A stretch of 63,967 nt of DNA, filler included, from Ionaspis alba (taxonomy: Eukaryota): the NCBI GenBank assembly GCA_964255285.1. It is 15 parts of 15 records of this genome, joined end to end, with 100 filler letters (N's around TTAATTAATTAA, not from the genome) between each part and the next. Parts side by side here need not be neighbours in the genome. Positions count along the whole stretch, not along the records: positions 13,253 to 17,551 come from CAXUUL010001115.1; positions 17,652 to 21,948 come from CAXUUL010001116.1; positions 22,049 to 26,344 come from CAXUUL010001117.1; positions 26,445 to 30,738 come from CAXUUL010001118.1; 11 more parts are not named here. The stretch is one strand, 5' to 3'. The notes under the pieces were generated by a model. It ran no database searches and was not told the origin of the DNA. It saw only the letters and a program-made list of their open reading frames with translations. This document shows positions 13,153 to 26,770 of the stretch, one piece after another; position 1 is the first letter of the stretch, and every line of letters begins with the position of its first letter. A program made the position numbers and the translations under genes.

Positions 13153-13733
13153 NNNNNNNNNNNNNNNNNNNNNNNNNNNNNNNNNNNNNNNNNNNNTTAA
13201 TTAATTAANNNNNNNNNNNNNNNNNNNNNNNNNNNNNNNNNNNNNNNNNNNNACCAAGTCACCCCAAGTCAATGTACTGAATCTTCATTGTCCTAAAGAC
13301 TTTTGTACGTACAAATAAAAGAAAACCCCATCGGCACCCCTCTCCACACTGTGGGTATTTCTCCTCCTCACCGAAGGACCCCATCCCTCGGCATCCATCA
13401 TCACCCACGCACTCACGTATCGCAGGCAATAACTTCAAACCTCAAGGAAACAGAGCCACTAATAAGACAAGAGCCCACGAAGAGAGGAAAAAGACACACA
13501 AGCCCCTGGACAAAACAAAAACAAGAAACAGTACCAACCCCCCTTTGCAACGTCCCCACATCTTCCATACCATTAAAACCCTCCATCTCAATAAAATCTT
13601 ATCCCGATTTTGTGTATCATCCGCGATAGTGGTATCATCAAACAAAAGCACCCCATCAGCATCAACAGCCAGTAGTTTCCTCAAGTTCCACCGTGGTACG
13701 ACAAGTCGAGTCGAGTCTCGCAAACCCATCCGT

Positions 13734-16700
13734 CTATGCACTACCGCTCAGAACAGGATTATTGGCACCGAGGTACGTTCCACCCGAGCTAGGACCATTA
13801 GTTATACCGGAGTTATTCTTGAGCGAGAGATCCTGGGTATTGTTGTTATCGAAAGCCTGATTAACCTGGGAGCTGAAGCCGGCCGAGCCGTTGGTCTGGC
13901 CGTAATTGCCGCCAGTGGTCTGCCCATATCCAGCACCAGTGGTCTGCCCGTAGCCGGAAGTAGTGTTCGCTTCAGCTTGGCCGAGAGTGGACTGACCAGG
14001 CTGGATATTCTGAGCTCCGCGGACGGATCCCGATGCAGCATTGTGAGGCTTGCGGCTGACGGGAGTGACCCGAGGGAGGTTGGTGCTCTCCTTTGCGGAG
14101 CCCAAGTCGAAGACAGGTGATTGCCACTTGTCGCCCTGGGAAGCGAGGTTCTTGTACTCGGTCGCCTTGGTGGAGATACCGCCGGGGAGCTTGATGTCCT
14201 TGAAGATGGAGTCGTACTGGGTCATGGCGACGTTGGCCTTCTTGTTGGATGCCACATCTGCGGTCTTCTGCTTGCCCTCTGCCATCTTCTTCTGTGCGGC
14301 GCTGACGTAGCGGGAATATATGTTCTGGACATCCTCGGGGTTGTTCTTCGCCTGGACCTTAGCGCGTTCGACCTCCTTGTGGATCTCATAGGCCATGGCG
14401 TCGGCTTGGGTGACGGAGTCGCGGATCTGCTTTTCGAGAACTTTCTGAACAACAGGGCGTAGGACGGTCAGGAGGAGAGGCTTGAAGATGTTGAAGAGCA
14501 ACTTGTGGTTGGACTGCTTCATCTTGATCTTGAGGTGCTTGACATCAACGGAGACGGTATTGATCTTGAAGAAGTGCTGGCGGTCGGACGCGTCGGCAGT
14601 CTCCATGCCGATCTTGAAACTGAAGCCAGTTCCTCCCATGAAGATGTCCATGACGCCCTTGTCCGTGACGGATGGGAATCCCTGCTTCTTCTTGACGTAG
14701 TAGCTGACGTCCTTGAGGTCCATCTGAACACCAGAGACAGAGACAATGATCTTGTTCTTATTCTTGCTGGCAATGTTCTGACGTCCCCAGCGGAAGTAGT
14801 TGTCACTCTGAATCTCGAAGGAGTTGGGCATCAAATTATCACTCTCGATGACCAAGTTCTCGACGATGGCATCCATCATGGGATCGGTGTACTCGATCCT
14901 TGGAATTGGGACATAACGAACACCTTCGAACGCTCCGGGAATGATGACGGTGCTCAAGTCCTTGACAAGATGCTTCTTGAACACGGGCTTGCCGTTCTCA
15001 TCGTTTCCGAGGTCGTTGAACAGCTTCTGCATGGAGGCTGCGAAGCGCTTGTTCTGTGGGTCTTGGTCGAATTGATCAGCCAAGAACTTGGTCTCGTCCA
15101 TGATACGATTGGTGTGATCGCGGTAACGATCACGTAGGAGATAGTTTCCACGATCGTAGAGCTTGTTCCACTCATCGGTAGCCTGGTCCTGAAGAATATA
15201 ACCCTGCTCCTTGAGGCACTTTCGGACGTAAGTATCCATTGAGCGGAACCAGCCCTTGAGCTCGGGATCCTTGTCGGCATCACGATAGATGTTATTGATC
15301 GACTCGAAGAGATCGTCGCTCGAGGTCGAGTTAGCAAAACGCTCAATGAGGGTCTTGATTTGAGTCAGCATGACTCTATTTTGTTCAGCGAAGCCTGCAA
15401 ACATACCCTCAAGTCAGCCTCAGCAGATGTCAAAGCAGTGTCAGTATGAGCACCTTTCACGGTTCCGGTACCTTGTTGCGAAAGGTTCTTGCCGTGACCT
15501 CCGTAAGTCTCGGCCAGGTTGAGGAGAGTCTCGATGGCTTGTTGGTCTGGGTTTCCCATGTTAGTGCAAACTCGTCACGTGTGGGATTAGGTGACTTACA
15601 GTCTGAGTGACCTTGGATCTCGACGATCATCTTCTTCAGCCGCCAGATCGTCTGCTCACGTCGCTCTTTTGGCATCTTGCTACCGAGGTAGTTCTTGGTC
15701 GAAGCCTTGACATTGTTGGCACGCTCACGGGCTTGGTCCTTGGTGTCTTGTGAAATGTTGGCGGAAGCTTTATCTTTCAGATTCTGAGCACCAGTCATTG
15801 CACCGCCTTGTGCATCGACACCGGAGCCGTAGTCGACAGCATCGTTGGGATCACGCGTTCCAGCTGGATTGGCAGACTCAGTGGCATCTCCAGCCGCATC
15901 CTGGAGATCACCCTTGTTCAAAGGCTTATTCTTGTTGAACCTGGCCTGGGCTTGACCCTTGAGATTCGCGGGGGATAGATCGGGAACTTCATGCCAGGTG
16001 TTGTCCTCAGCTGGGTGATCAATCTGAGAAAGTTGATCTTGGGATGGGTTTACACGATTGGCAGCGTTCTGTGCAGCATCGCCGGCCATGTCGCGGATGA
16101 GGATCGTGGCATCGTTCACTGAGGAAACGGTCAGCAACCTATGATATTGAATGCAGAAGTGATGAGAACATACGTAGCTTTCGAAACTGGCCGTTGGACA
16201 GGATCAACGTTCCTAAGGTGCGAAGTCCCTCAACAGCTTCGTTGCCATGTTGCTGAGCAGTAGCTTTGTCGATCGGCGCACCCGGCAGCTTCGCATCACC
16301 TCCTCCGATATGTTGTGTCTGCCAGATGAAGTCCTGTAGCAGATTTCCCTCGTTCTTGGTCAAGAGAAGGATCTTGGCCTGCTCAATGACATCGCGCAGA
16401 TCTGCAACAAGAGCTCGACCTTCCGAGGACAGCTTGGCGGGAGGGTTTGAGAGTGCTTTTGATGCAAGGGCAGAGTTCATGGCAATGTCGATTTGCTTGT
16501 TCTATCATGATTGTTAGATCAATGCGATAAACCATCAAGTGTGTGGTATTATTGAGTGACTTACCGATGGTACCTTGCCTTGGCTGAAAGCTGTTGTGGT
16601 GATGATGTCAGTTCTGGACTCACGTATCTCAACGCGACTCAACGACTCCAAGAGAGCGTGACTATCATGGAGGACTCACCATTGTAGATGCCATAGTAAC

Positions 16701-16764
16701 GAAGCTTCTGGTTAATGTCGGCCTCCTTCTGGGCGACATTGGTAGGTCGGTTGACAGAAGCCAT
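13734..16764 (-). CDS. Conserved fungal DUF4449/DUF5923-type protein (S. pombe C32A11.02c-like, BPI-like region), multi-exon
   Basis: Starts MASVNRPTNVAQKEADINQKL, followed by small exon AFSQGKVPS, NKQIDIAM, KNEGNLLQDFIW, YVPIPRIEYTDPMMDAIVENL and KQSNHKLLF. The C-terminal tail has YGQT repeats. Family name is from recall, not a search. Confidence 0.85.
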
Positions 16765-17127
16765 GGTGAGCGTGGCTACCCAAAAAAACAAGTACTTCAA
16801 GGGGGTATCAAATGCACAACGTAAATGTAGGATGTAGAGAAGTGATGCTGTTTGCTGTTGTTTACCAAGCTATGATGATGCAGCTGGTAGATGAAGTTTG
16901 AATCTGCAATGGGAGGATTGGTTGATTGTGGATGGAATGAATGTGAAAATGGGAAGATGATGGTAGAGGGTTGGGGTTTTGAGGGGAGGAAAGGGTTTGG
17001 CTGATGGAACTGCCTGCCAAAACCAAGTCGCCAACAGGCGCGACATCCAATCTTTCCAAGGAAGAAGGCGCCACGAGCAATGACCCGACAACGTCACTGG
17101 GCTTGGCATTAAATCTCATGCTCATGG

Positions 17128-17182
17128 CTGCTAAGTGTCTGCTAAGAGTCTGCTAAGAGTCTGCTAACAGTCAACTAACAGC
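17128..17182. repeat. Five-copy 11-bp tandem repeat (consensus CTGCTAAGAGT)
   Basis: ctgctaagtgt ctgctaagagt ctgctaagagt ctgctaacagt caactaacagc. Confidence 0.85.
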
Positions 17183-17651
17183 CCGGATGCCACATTTCCT
17201 GCGTCGCACAATCATAGCAATACTTCGTGGATCGCGTCCTGTTGAATTACACGTCCCAATCGGTCAATCTCCATCAGGGATATCACCTGCTCCAAGCTTG
17301 TCATAGTGATCGTTCTTGGCCCAAATTGGGACTTGCTTATTGATATCTGCTGCGACTTTCCATGCTCCTACTCGCTTTTGATGAAATCTAGTACGATCTG
17401 CTACGAAACGAACGCAATCATGATGTTGACGATGATCGGATACTTCATAAGAATGATGATTATCGACTGATTGACCCTCCCCTTCCCTTCCATGACGCAA
17501 GGGCAAGCTCGGAGCATTCGGTTGGGAAGACAGAGGCAATTCCGAGAACAGNNNNNNNNNNNNNNNNNNNNNNNNNNNNNNNNNNNNNNNNNNNNTTAAT
17601 TAATTAANNNNNNNNNNNNNNNNNNNNNNNNNNNNNNNNNNNNNNNNNNNN

Positions 17652-18815
17652 ACAGCACCGAAGGATGTCATAGGATACCAGAGCCTAATTTTCGATGGGA
17701 CGATATCCCGACGTTGATCTTGGTCCTTGTCGAGTTCGGTTCTTTGCGAATGAGCCAAAGAAATGGCATTCTAAGTACGGCGACGATCCTTATAAACACG
17801 AAGAATTTGGACCCAATCCTCTGAGAACAAGAGCCTGAACTTTGCAAGAAAGGGAACTATCTATGAGAAATATTCATTTCGCTCAAAACATGCTTCTGTG
17901 GGAATGTAAAGAGAAAAAGGGCTCAAGCGTCTTTCCGTGGCACGAGCTGAAGCGTGTAGATGGTTTCCAACCATGGCCAATTAGGAACTATCCAAGTGAG
18001 AGTCTTGCGCCCAACGGCCCTGTCGCACTCAGGGGTCGGTGGTATGAACTTGTGGAGGACTACTCCACTCGATGTCTGACGAAAGAAAACGATAAGTTGC
18101 CAGCGCTGTCTGGCCTAGCTTCTAAATTCAAAGACCACTTTCCCGCAGGGAAGTATTTAGCTGAGTTATGGAGTAGCCACTTGCCATCAGCTCTCCTCCG
18201 GAAGACGATCGGCGACCATTCTTCACCTAGGGAACGGTCTCGACGAGCAGCGTCTTACATAGCTCCAGGCTGGTCATGGGCATCCATTGGTTGTGGAATC
18301 ACTTATGAGAGCCAGAGGCTAGAACCAGTTCCATAACTCAGGAGCGGCCCGAGGAGGAGTCAACTGACTATGACTTTGGCTCTGTATCAGTGCTGCGTAC
18401 AGAGTATTCTCCAAAAGGAGATAATCCGTTCGGTGAGGTTTTAGAAGTATCTTTCGTGATGAGGGTATGTTTCGTACCCATCAGCCCAATGCTCAAAACT
18501 ATACAGAAACAGAACCATCACAACGTATTGAGGGTAATCATCAACGAGGATGGTATCGTCCGTGTTGTCTACCCCGACTTTGACGAAGAGTTACAAGATG
18601 CAGATCAGATTTTCTGTCCAAGTGTCAGGTCAGAGCCTTCCGAATCACAGGTATCACGTCCAAATGACCTCGATGTGAAGCGAACCTTGGTTCCAGAAGT
18701 AGTGGTTAAGAACGAGATGATCATGGGTCTTGTCTTCGTCCAGGATGCAGGAATGGAGGACGTGTACCAGCGTGTCGGTCTGATGCGATGGGTCATCAAG
18801 TTCTCTGTTTTCTAA
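17652..18815 (+). pseudogene. Degenerate HET-domain (heterokaryon incompatibility) gene, C-terminal part
   Basis: PLRTRA*TLQERELS (W codon replaced by TGA at 17836-17838), WYELVEDYSTRCLTKENDKLPALSGLA, YIAPGWSWAS, NPFGEV and YQRVG. Frameshifts near 17705 and 18330. Confidence 0.85.
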
Positions 18816-19369
18816 GATAGAGCCATCAACAGTAACGCTTATCTAATATTTTGGTTCGGTCCAAAGACCGCAATTTTCATTTAGATCACCAGCTCAGAGT
18901 GCGCAGAATGTCTATCACACACATTCAATGTCCCATCAAAGCGACTAAGTCAACAGGCCATGTTAACGGCACCGTACCGCTCATCCGATGCAAAGACGAA
19001 TGAACTGTATAGGATGACACGAGAAGGGTGAGTGACTTGGGGTGGATAGGATGGGGTAGGATATGAGCTTTATGCTTCTCTTGCTGCGGGCCTAATTTAT
19101 ATATGCAACTCAAGGAAGAGTGGTAGAGCTAGATTGCCGGCCACTAGTAGAGATGTAGATATGCTTGGGGTTCTTAGTCTGGCGGACAGAATGCTATAAA
19201 ATCGATGATTATTCTAGAGCCATCCACGTCGCGTAACAACTTTCCCGCTGACCAATTAAAAGTGACGCCGGTCTAGGTAGCCGACATCGTTCTTCTGAAA
19301 CTACCATATCATCACAGCTCTGTGCCACTGCTTACCTTCACATATTTCGAGATCGCCTTGGCTTGATCA

Positions 19370-21943
19370 ATGAACGGTCATATCTCCGACGGCGAGGCTG
19401 TTCCTCCTCCGCCTCCCGAATACCTAGCACCTCCACCTCCACCAGAAGATCTACCACCTCCGCCTCCAAGCATCGAACTTCCTCCCCCTCCACCAGGCAG
19501 CGAGCTTCCTCCTCCTCCCCCTCCTCCGCTTCCGGTAGAGGTCAAGAAGAAAAAGGCTGGATGGGCTTCCTCGGCTACTCGACAGCCTTTGAGTGTGGAG
19601 GAAATCCTAAGGAAAAAGAAGGAGGCGGATGAAGCGGCGGCAAAGGTATGGAGTCACCACCCTCAGATCTATAATCAGAAAACATCATATTCACCTTCTT
19701 CACTCTAGTAATTCCTCGATTTAGACTAACATATGGCGCTTTCTAGCCCAAGTTTCTATCCAAGGCGCAGAGAGAGAAGCTGGCTCTCGAAAAGCGGGCG
19801 AAGGAGGTAGAAGAGCAAAAGAAGAAGTTGCAAACTGAAAATAGCTCGTCTAAAGCGTCAGACAAGGGCTCGAGCTCTACATCTTATGTGAGCGGACGCA
19901 ACGGAGCGCCGTCATCCTCAAATTCCACCAATGGATCAACCCGGTCCACCGTACCCACTGCTCCTCGTGCATTACGACAAGGCGAGATACCCACAGGACC
20001 AGCTGCGATGAGAGCTTCGGGTCCAAACAAAGGCTACGATATGGCTCCTCCACCACCACCGAAACCCAGCGTGAACGGGGGTACCACTACAAAGGGCGAG
20101 AAACGGCCTGCTATAGAAGAAACCCAGTCAGCGCTCATACGACAGCGATATATGGGCGCCGAGCAGAATCAATCAACTTTCTCCGCAAAGAAGAAGAGGC
20201 GGCGCACTACAGAAAAGAAATTCAACTTCGAATGGAATATAGATGAAGACACAAGTCCAGACGCCAACCCTCTTTACCAAGCAAGAGCAGAACCGAATTT
20301 CTATGGTCGAGGACGACTTGGTGGGTTTGACGAAGATCTCGCCGACGGTGTTGCCCGTAAATACGCGCGTGCTCTGGAGGAGCGTGATCCCGAAGCTGGC
20401 GGTGCCAGGGCTCGTGAAATGATGGAGATGGAGCGGCGGCGGAAAGAAGAAGGTGGCAGAAGCTCGATCGACAAGCACTGGAGTGAGAAGAAGCTCGAAC
20501 ACATGCGTGAGAGAGACTGGAGAATTTTCAAAGAGGATTATAATATCAGTACGAAAGGTGGATCGATACCCAATCCCATGCGTACTTGGGCCGAGTCGGG
20601 TTTACCAAAGCGGATACTTGATGTCGTGGATGAAGTTGGATACACAGAACCTTCTGCGGTACAACGTGCAGCTATTCCTATTGCTCTACAGTCCCGCGAT
20701 CTCATCGGTGTTGCTGTTACTGGTTCTGGCAAGACTGCAGCTTTCTTACTGCCTCTCTTGGTCTATATATCAGACCTTCCTCCGCTCAACGAGTTCACTA
20801 AGAACGACGGACCTTATGCGATCATTCTAGCTCCGACTCGTGAATTGGCACAGCAAATAGAAATTGAAGCAAGAAAGTTCGCAACTCCTCTTGGATTTAC
20901 TTGTGTCAGCATTATCGGAGGGCACTCGCTAGAAGAGCAAGCATACAATCTTCGCGACGGAGCTGAAATTATCATTGCGACACCCGGTCGATTGGTAGAC
21001 TGTATAGAAAGGAGAGTACTTGTACTTGGGCAGTGCTGCTACGTCATCATGGACGAAGCCGACAGGATGATCGATCTTGGGTTCGAGGAACCGGTCAACA
21101 AGATCTTGGATGCGCTCCCTGTCGCCAACATGAAGCCCGACTCCGAAGAAGCCGAGGATGCTGTGGTCATGAGTCAGCACTTGGGAGGAAAAGACAGGTA
21201 TCGCCAGACAATGATGTACACTGCGACGATGCCTACAGCAGTTGAGCGTATAGCAAGAAAATACCTGCGAAGACCTGCTATTGTTACTATTGGCAACGTG
21301 GGCGAAGCTGTTGAGACCGTGGAGCAGCGCGTGGAGTTTGTGGCGGGCGAGGACAAACGGAAGAAGAGACTTCTCGAAATCCTGGCTTCGAAGGAATTCG
21401 TGCCTCCCATTATTGTCTTCGTCAACATCAAGCGAAACTGTGACGCTATTGCCCGAGATATCAAGCAAAGCGGTTTCACCTCCGTTACACTGCACGGAGG
21501 CAAGACTCAAGAGCAGAGGGAAGCTGCGCTGGCTTCCCTGCGCAACGGGACTACAGATATATTGGTTGCTACAGACATTGCCGGCAGAGGTATCGACGTT
21601 TCAGATGTTAGTCTGGTTGTGAACTTTAACATGGCTACAAGTATCGAGGCTTACACCCATCGTATTGGTCGTACTGGACGTGCAGGAAAGAGTGGTGTGG
21701 CCATTACATTCCTTGGCAATGAGGACACAGATGTGATGTGAGTATATTCTATCTTGAGCATATAACACGGCTAATGATATTTGCAGGTACGAGCTCAAAC
21801 AGATGCTAACCAAGTCTTCGATATCGAGGGTGCCGGAGGAGCTGCGTAAGCACGAAGCGGCTCAGCAGAAATCTCAAAGAGGTGGTGGGCAGAAGAAGAT
21901 AGAAGATAGTAGTGGGTTCGGAGGCAAAGGAGGCTGGCAATGA
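19370..21943 (+). CDS. PRP28: Pre-mRNA splicing DEAD-box RNA helicase Prp28/DDX23
   Basis: Pro-rich N-terminus, PKFLSKAQREKLAL, KHWSEKKLEHMRERDWRIFKED, AVTGSGKT, DEAD and HRIGRTGRAG. Introns at about 19646-19746 and 21738-21786. Confidence 0.97.
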
Positions 21944-22048
21944 TGATCNNNNNNNNNNNNNNNNNNNNNNNNNNNNNNNNNNNNNNNNNNNNTTAATTAA
22001 TTAANNNNNNNNNNNNNNNNNNNNNNNNNNNNNNNNNNNNNNNNNNNN

Positions 22049-22832
22049 CTGAAACGGCGTCCCATTCCCCGCCGTCGTCGTCGCTCCAGCCGAAACCCCC
22101 GCCCCACCCGTCGGCGAAACCACCGTCACAGAAGTAATCGTCGGATTAGTCACAGCAACGACCGTCGACGTGACGACCGACGTCGAGGATACCCCGGACG
22201 CAACCACCACCACCGTAGTTTCCGAGGGCGTGGTAGTTGTAGATGAGGGAGTGATGACAACCGGCATCCCGAAAACAGTGGTACTCGCATCCACGACCTC
22301 AGGTACCGCAACGGTAACCACGCCTCCACTTTGCGTCACTTCCGCAATGACGGTAACGGTTGTGGATTGCGGCTGTGGTAACGGAGTGACGGTTACGCTC
22401 TGCACGCTTTGAATGGTGCTCACGACCACGAAGACAGTGGAGGCGTGGTGGTTGTCATCGTTGTTGTCGTCGTTGCGTGTGGTCGTGTAGACGCTGTAAG
22501 CGGGGAGAGGAGCCCCGGCTAGTTGGCAGATGGGCGATAGTGTGGACCAGAGCAGTGCGAAGGAGATTTCTTTGGCGCAGTGTTTGTCGTAGCAGCTAGA
22601 AAGAGTGGGGAGGAGGGGGCCGGCGGCGTGGCAGATGCCTAGGGTTGAAGTGTTAGTGGGATACTGGTGCGAGGAATAGGGAATCCGTACATGAGATGTC
22701 GGTGTTGGCGCAATTGATGTTGGCGTCGTCGGTACATTTTTTGAAGCACTGCGGGAGTGGGAGGTAGTCGTCTGCGAAGGCGGAGGAGATGAGGGTGAGG
22801 AGCGCTGTCAGTGTGACTAGTGGGAGCTGCAT
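22049..22832 (-). CDS. CFEM-domain secreted or cell-surface protein with Thr/Val/Ser-rich stalk (3' truncated)
   Basis: Signal peptide MQLPLVTLTALLTLISSAFA. With intron 22639-22690 removed, eight Cys appear as PQCFKKC..NCANTDISCIC..SSCYDKHC..PIC, followed by a T/V/S-rich tail. Confidence 0.85.
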
Positions 22833-23542
22833 TGTCACAAATTGTACTCGAAGAAATCGAGCCTGATGTGCCAAATGCTGAGCGGCGCTTGTGTTCTGGT
22901 CTCTCCCTCTCGTCCGTAGGAGCGGCAGCGATGCCAAAAATGCGCGCGCAGCGTCTGGCGGTCTGTGGGACCGTCGAAATGAGTGAGAGAGGCGGAAGAT
23001 GAGAGAGAATGCGGAGTGGACGACGTGAAGAGGACATGAGAGGCTGCCATCATGATCGACGGGAGTGACACCCCCGCGCTGCTGTCGTGTTTCGACCTTG
23101 GATTCTGGCCTTGTACTTGGTCTGCCTTGCGAGATGCTGTAGCGCCACAACTGCCAGGGAAATGATGCCCATTTCGGCGAATCGGTAGTTCTCTTGTTCC
23201 GCGGCTCGACTAGACCTTCCNNNNNNNNNNNNNNNNNNNNNNNNNNNNNNNNNNNNNNNNNNNNNNNNNNNNNNNNNNNNNNNNNNNNNNNNNNNNNNNN
23301 NNNNNNNNNNNNNNNNNNNNCAAGTCCGACATCCATTTTACGGTACAAGCTGTGATTGTTCAAAAGCTCAAGGCACGCGACATCCCTGTCCCTGAGGAAG
23401 GGAGCCAATGTCTAACTTGTCCGACATCTTATTATCTTCACATTATAGAGCACCTCATTGTTAAGTTCTCGCTGTGCTAGTGTAGCATCGAGACTATACC
23501 TCGAAATTGAACATTGTTGTACATCATGCTATGACCAGCACA

Positions 23543-26086
23543 TTAATGCTTCAAGCCCTCAAGCCACACAACTAGTCGCTTCTTGATAATGACCTGCAAA
23601 AGTCAGCATCCACCATCAATTGCAAAGTATCATCCCAACTTACCCCGACCAGTCTCGCTGACCCTTCCTCAACAACACACAGATACCTCAAACCCAACTT
23701 CCCAAACATCTCCACTGCATATTCCATCGGCGCCTTGGCACAAATCGTCAACGGCGTCCGATCCACAAACATGGACATATCAAAATCCCCCTGATCCGCA
23801 GTTCCCAGCAATCTCACCCTGCCTGCCCCGTCCCAGACGTCTCCCAACTCCCCCAACACAAAATCCAACTCCCCTTCTGCAAGATAGCCCTGCAGAAGCC
23901 CATTCTGAACGAGCACAAGCCCAGCATCCATCAGTCCTCTTCTCTTGAGCAAGTCCAGTTTTTCAACCAGCACATCGCGGGAAACGAGACCGTCTTTGGG
24001 AACATCGACGGTGATTTCCCGCATCGTTTGCTCCGGTGGGATCAGCTCTTCGACAAGGGCGTTCTCCGTCTGGACGATACTCATTGAGTGGTCTAGATCA
24101 AGGAAGGGGTGGCCTAGGACGGTTTGAGCAAGATCGTAGACGCCTTCGCGCTCGAGGGCATCGGCGACCCATTTGGCGACGAGGATTGCGATCATGTTCG
24201 GGACAATATATTCGAGCTCGCCGGTTAGCTAAGGGACCATTATTAGTATGGACGAGATCCTGGTAAAGGGGGTTTGCAAGGGAGAGAATACCTCGAACAT
24301 AATCACGACTAGGGAAATGGTCATTCGTGAGACTCCTGCCAGGAAGGCGGCAGCGCCGACCATTGCGAAGATGCCTGGAGATATTGTGGAGACTAGTTGG
24401 CCAATGAGTCTGCCAAAGAAAGCACCGGCATCGAGGGCAGGGATGATGATGCCAGATGGGACTTTGCAACCAAAGGTGATGGTGGTGAGGACGAGCTTCA
24501 CCAGTGTTCCGTACACAAGCCAGCCGACATAGCGGGATCGATCATCACTAATTTCGTTTTTGCAAACCCAAGAGTCGCTTGGATCACGGCAATCAACGAG
24601 CAGGTTCTTGATAATGATATCGCCAGGCTCTCGAGTCATTGGATTGGGGTACTGCAGGAGCCCGGTAGCGAGCACAACAAGGAAGACCTCGAAGACGGGA
24701 TGATTCTTGATGATGGCATACTTGCGGAAGCTCCTCGACCATAAGAAATTGGCCTTGCAGAAAACGCCACCGAAGAGTCCGCCAGCTATACCGAGGACGA
24801 TGAAGATCAGATAGTGGACAGGTTCGTAAGATGTTCCATAATGCGTCTCGAAAAGCACCAGTTTGCCTGTGCCAGTAGGATTCAAAGCCCTGAGAACAAC
24901 GGCAGCGAACAGCGAGCATAGAAAAGCTCGCCACAACACCTTTCGCGGAAAATACGTGCTGATTTCCTGTCCACATATGAGCCATTTCTCAACACATCTG
25001 GAGATTCCCAAACCTCATAGCTAAACAAAACCCCTCCAATCGGCGCCCCAAAAGCCACCGACAACCCAGCCGAACATCCCGCACTCAACAGCTCCCTCAT
25101 CTTCCTCCCATTCTCCCTATACTTCGGAAACCTCATCCCCACCAGATACGCGACACAAGTAGAAATATGCACAAATGGCCCCTCCTTCCCCAAACACATC
25201 CCCGTCGCAACCGCAAACGTCGCACCAACGGCCTTTACAACCAAGACCTTGAAGTCTAAGAAATTCGGTATAACAAACCCAGACAGAATCGTCTTGATCT
25301 CCGGAATACCGGATCCCGCGGCCATATACATCGTCTTCCCCGTAACACCCTGCTCCCCACCAACCACGATATCCTGATATCTATCCCCCTTCCCTGGCGC
25401 CGCGGCCGGCAGGTTATTCTTCGTCAGCATCGTCACGCCCGAACTAACAACCCCATACATCAAGGCCATGCCCAGATAAATCCCAAAAGCCCCCCAATAA
25501 TTCCCTGTCCACGTATGCCATGTCTTGCAGTCCTCACCCAGATTCGCCTTCTCGGTCACGGCAAGCAGAGGTTGGCGCTCCGTGCAGCATTCTTCGCGGT
25601 TCGAGAAGGGAGACGAGGTGCAGTAGCCGATCTTCCAATCACTGACGGTAGCCTCAGCGACATCGACAAGAAAGGCGACACAAGCGGTCAGGATCCCAAT
25701 GAGGGCGCAGGCGAGCCAGCCCTGGCAGGAGTCGAAGGCGGCGAGGAGGCGGGCGCGGAGGCCCGGGCGGGTGTGGATGGAGCGCGTGCGGAAAGAATCT
25801 TTGACCTAGAGGGTTTATCAGTATTTCTTGTTGTAGTGTATACGAAATTGAGGTATATTTTGGGGAACTATACCAAGTCGTGCAGCCAGTCAATGGTCGT
25901 GTAGTCATTATAGGGCAGTCTTTCCCCTACGGGTGTTGCAGAAAGGGCTTGCTCCTCTTTGCTGAGGTGCGAGGAGATTATGGATTGGGCGTCTTCGCCT
26001 TGTTGTAGGACGCTTAGTCGTCTGTCGTGGACGGCCGGGGGAAGTAGGTGGCTCCGCTCTGTTGCGTGCTCGAGGTCGGGAGCCAT
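23543..26086 (-). CDS. CLC family chloride channel / Cl-/H+ exchanger with CBS domains
   Basis: YNDYTTIDWLHD, GSGIPE, GKEGP, AFGAPIGGVLFSYEE, GIIIP and a CBS region ending KLGLRYLCV..VIIKKRLV. At least four introns. Confidence 0.95.
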
Positions 26087-26770
26087 GCTGGGGGAAGGGA
26101 CGCTGGAAGTAAAGAGGTAAGAACAAGGGGAGGGTGAAGACCACCGGACGGTTCTGGATGTGAATTGGCCATCTTTGCGGCCACAGATCTAGGGTGAATG
26201 GAGATCTCCATCTGCTTTTGCGGGTTGCTTGTGATTGACCAACCACGTTGGACCGGTCATGCTGTGGAGATAAGAGAAAGATGGGGGAGATAAGAGATGT
26301 TCTGGCTTAGGGCTGGCAGTTGAGGCTTGGCATTGTTCCCAATCNNNNNNNNNNNNNNNNNNNNNNNNNNNNNNNNNNNNNNNNNNNNTTAATTAATTAA
26401 NNNNNNNNNNNNNNNNNNNNNNNNNNNNNNNNNNNNNNNNNNNNGAAGAACATTAAGGTCCAACTGTGCGTATACGTCATACTGTCCTTCTTGCCCTAAC
26501 TGGCCGGGGTGTGGTCAGGGTGATGCAGACCACAATTGGAATTCTGTATTCTATATTGAAGCCTTTCTGTGACATGTGTATTTCTTTATGTACTGTCCAA
26601 TAGAGTATGTACGTATTTGGATAAAGATTCCCAATCTTGCCGTTGAATCATCGGGGGTGGGAAGGAATCTGAGGCCCCGACTTTATCCTGATGGCAAATT
26701 CCGCGTAGAAGCTCCATGCCTCTCTTAGCTACTGTCCTTTACGAAGGGGTCCCGCAGGTAAGAGACATCT

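Noticed and set aside
13545..15137. Long + strand ORFs opposite the DUF4449-type gene
   Set aside because: Antisense shadows caused by codon bias. The same applies to the ORFs opposite ETF-QO, PRP28, GEP3 and WSC1.
19400..19532. CCT/CCA-rich repeats
   Set aside because: They encode the ordinary polyproline N-terminus of Prp28.
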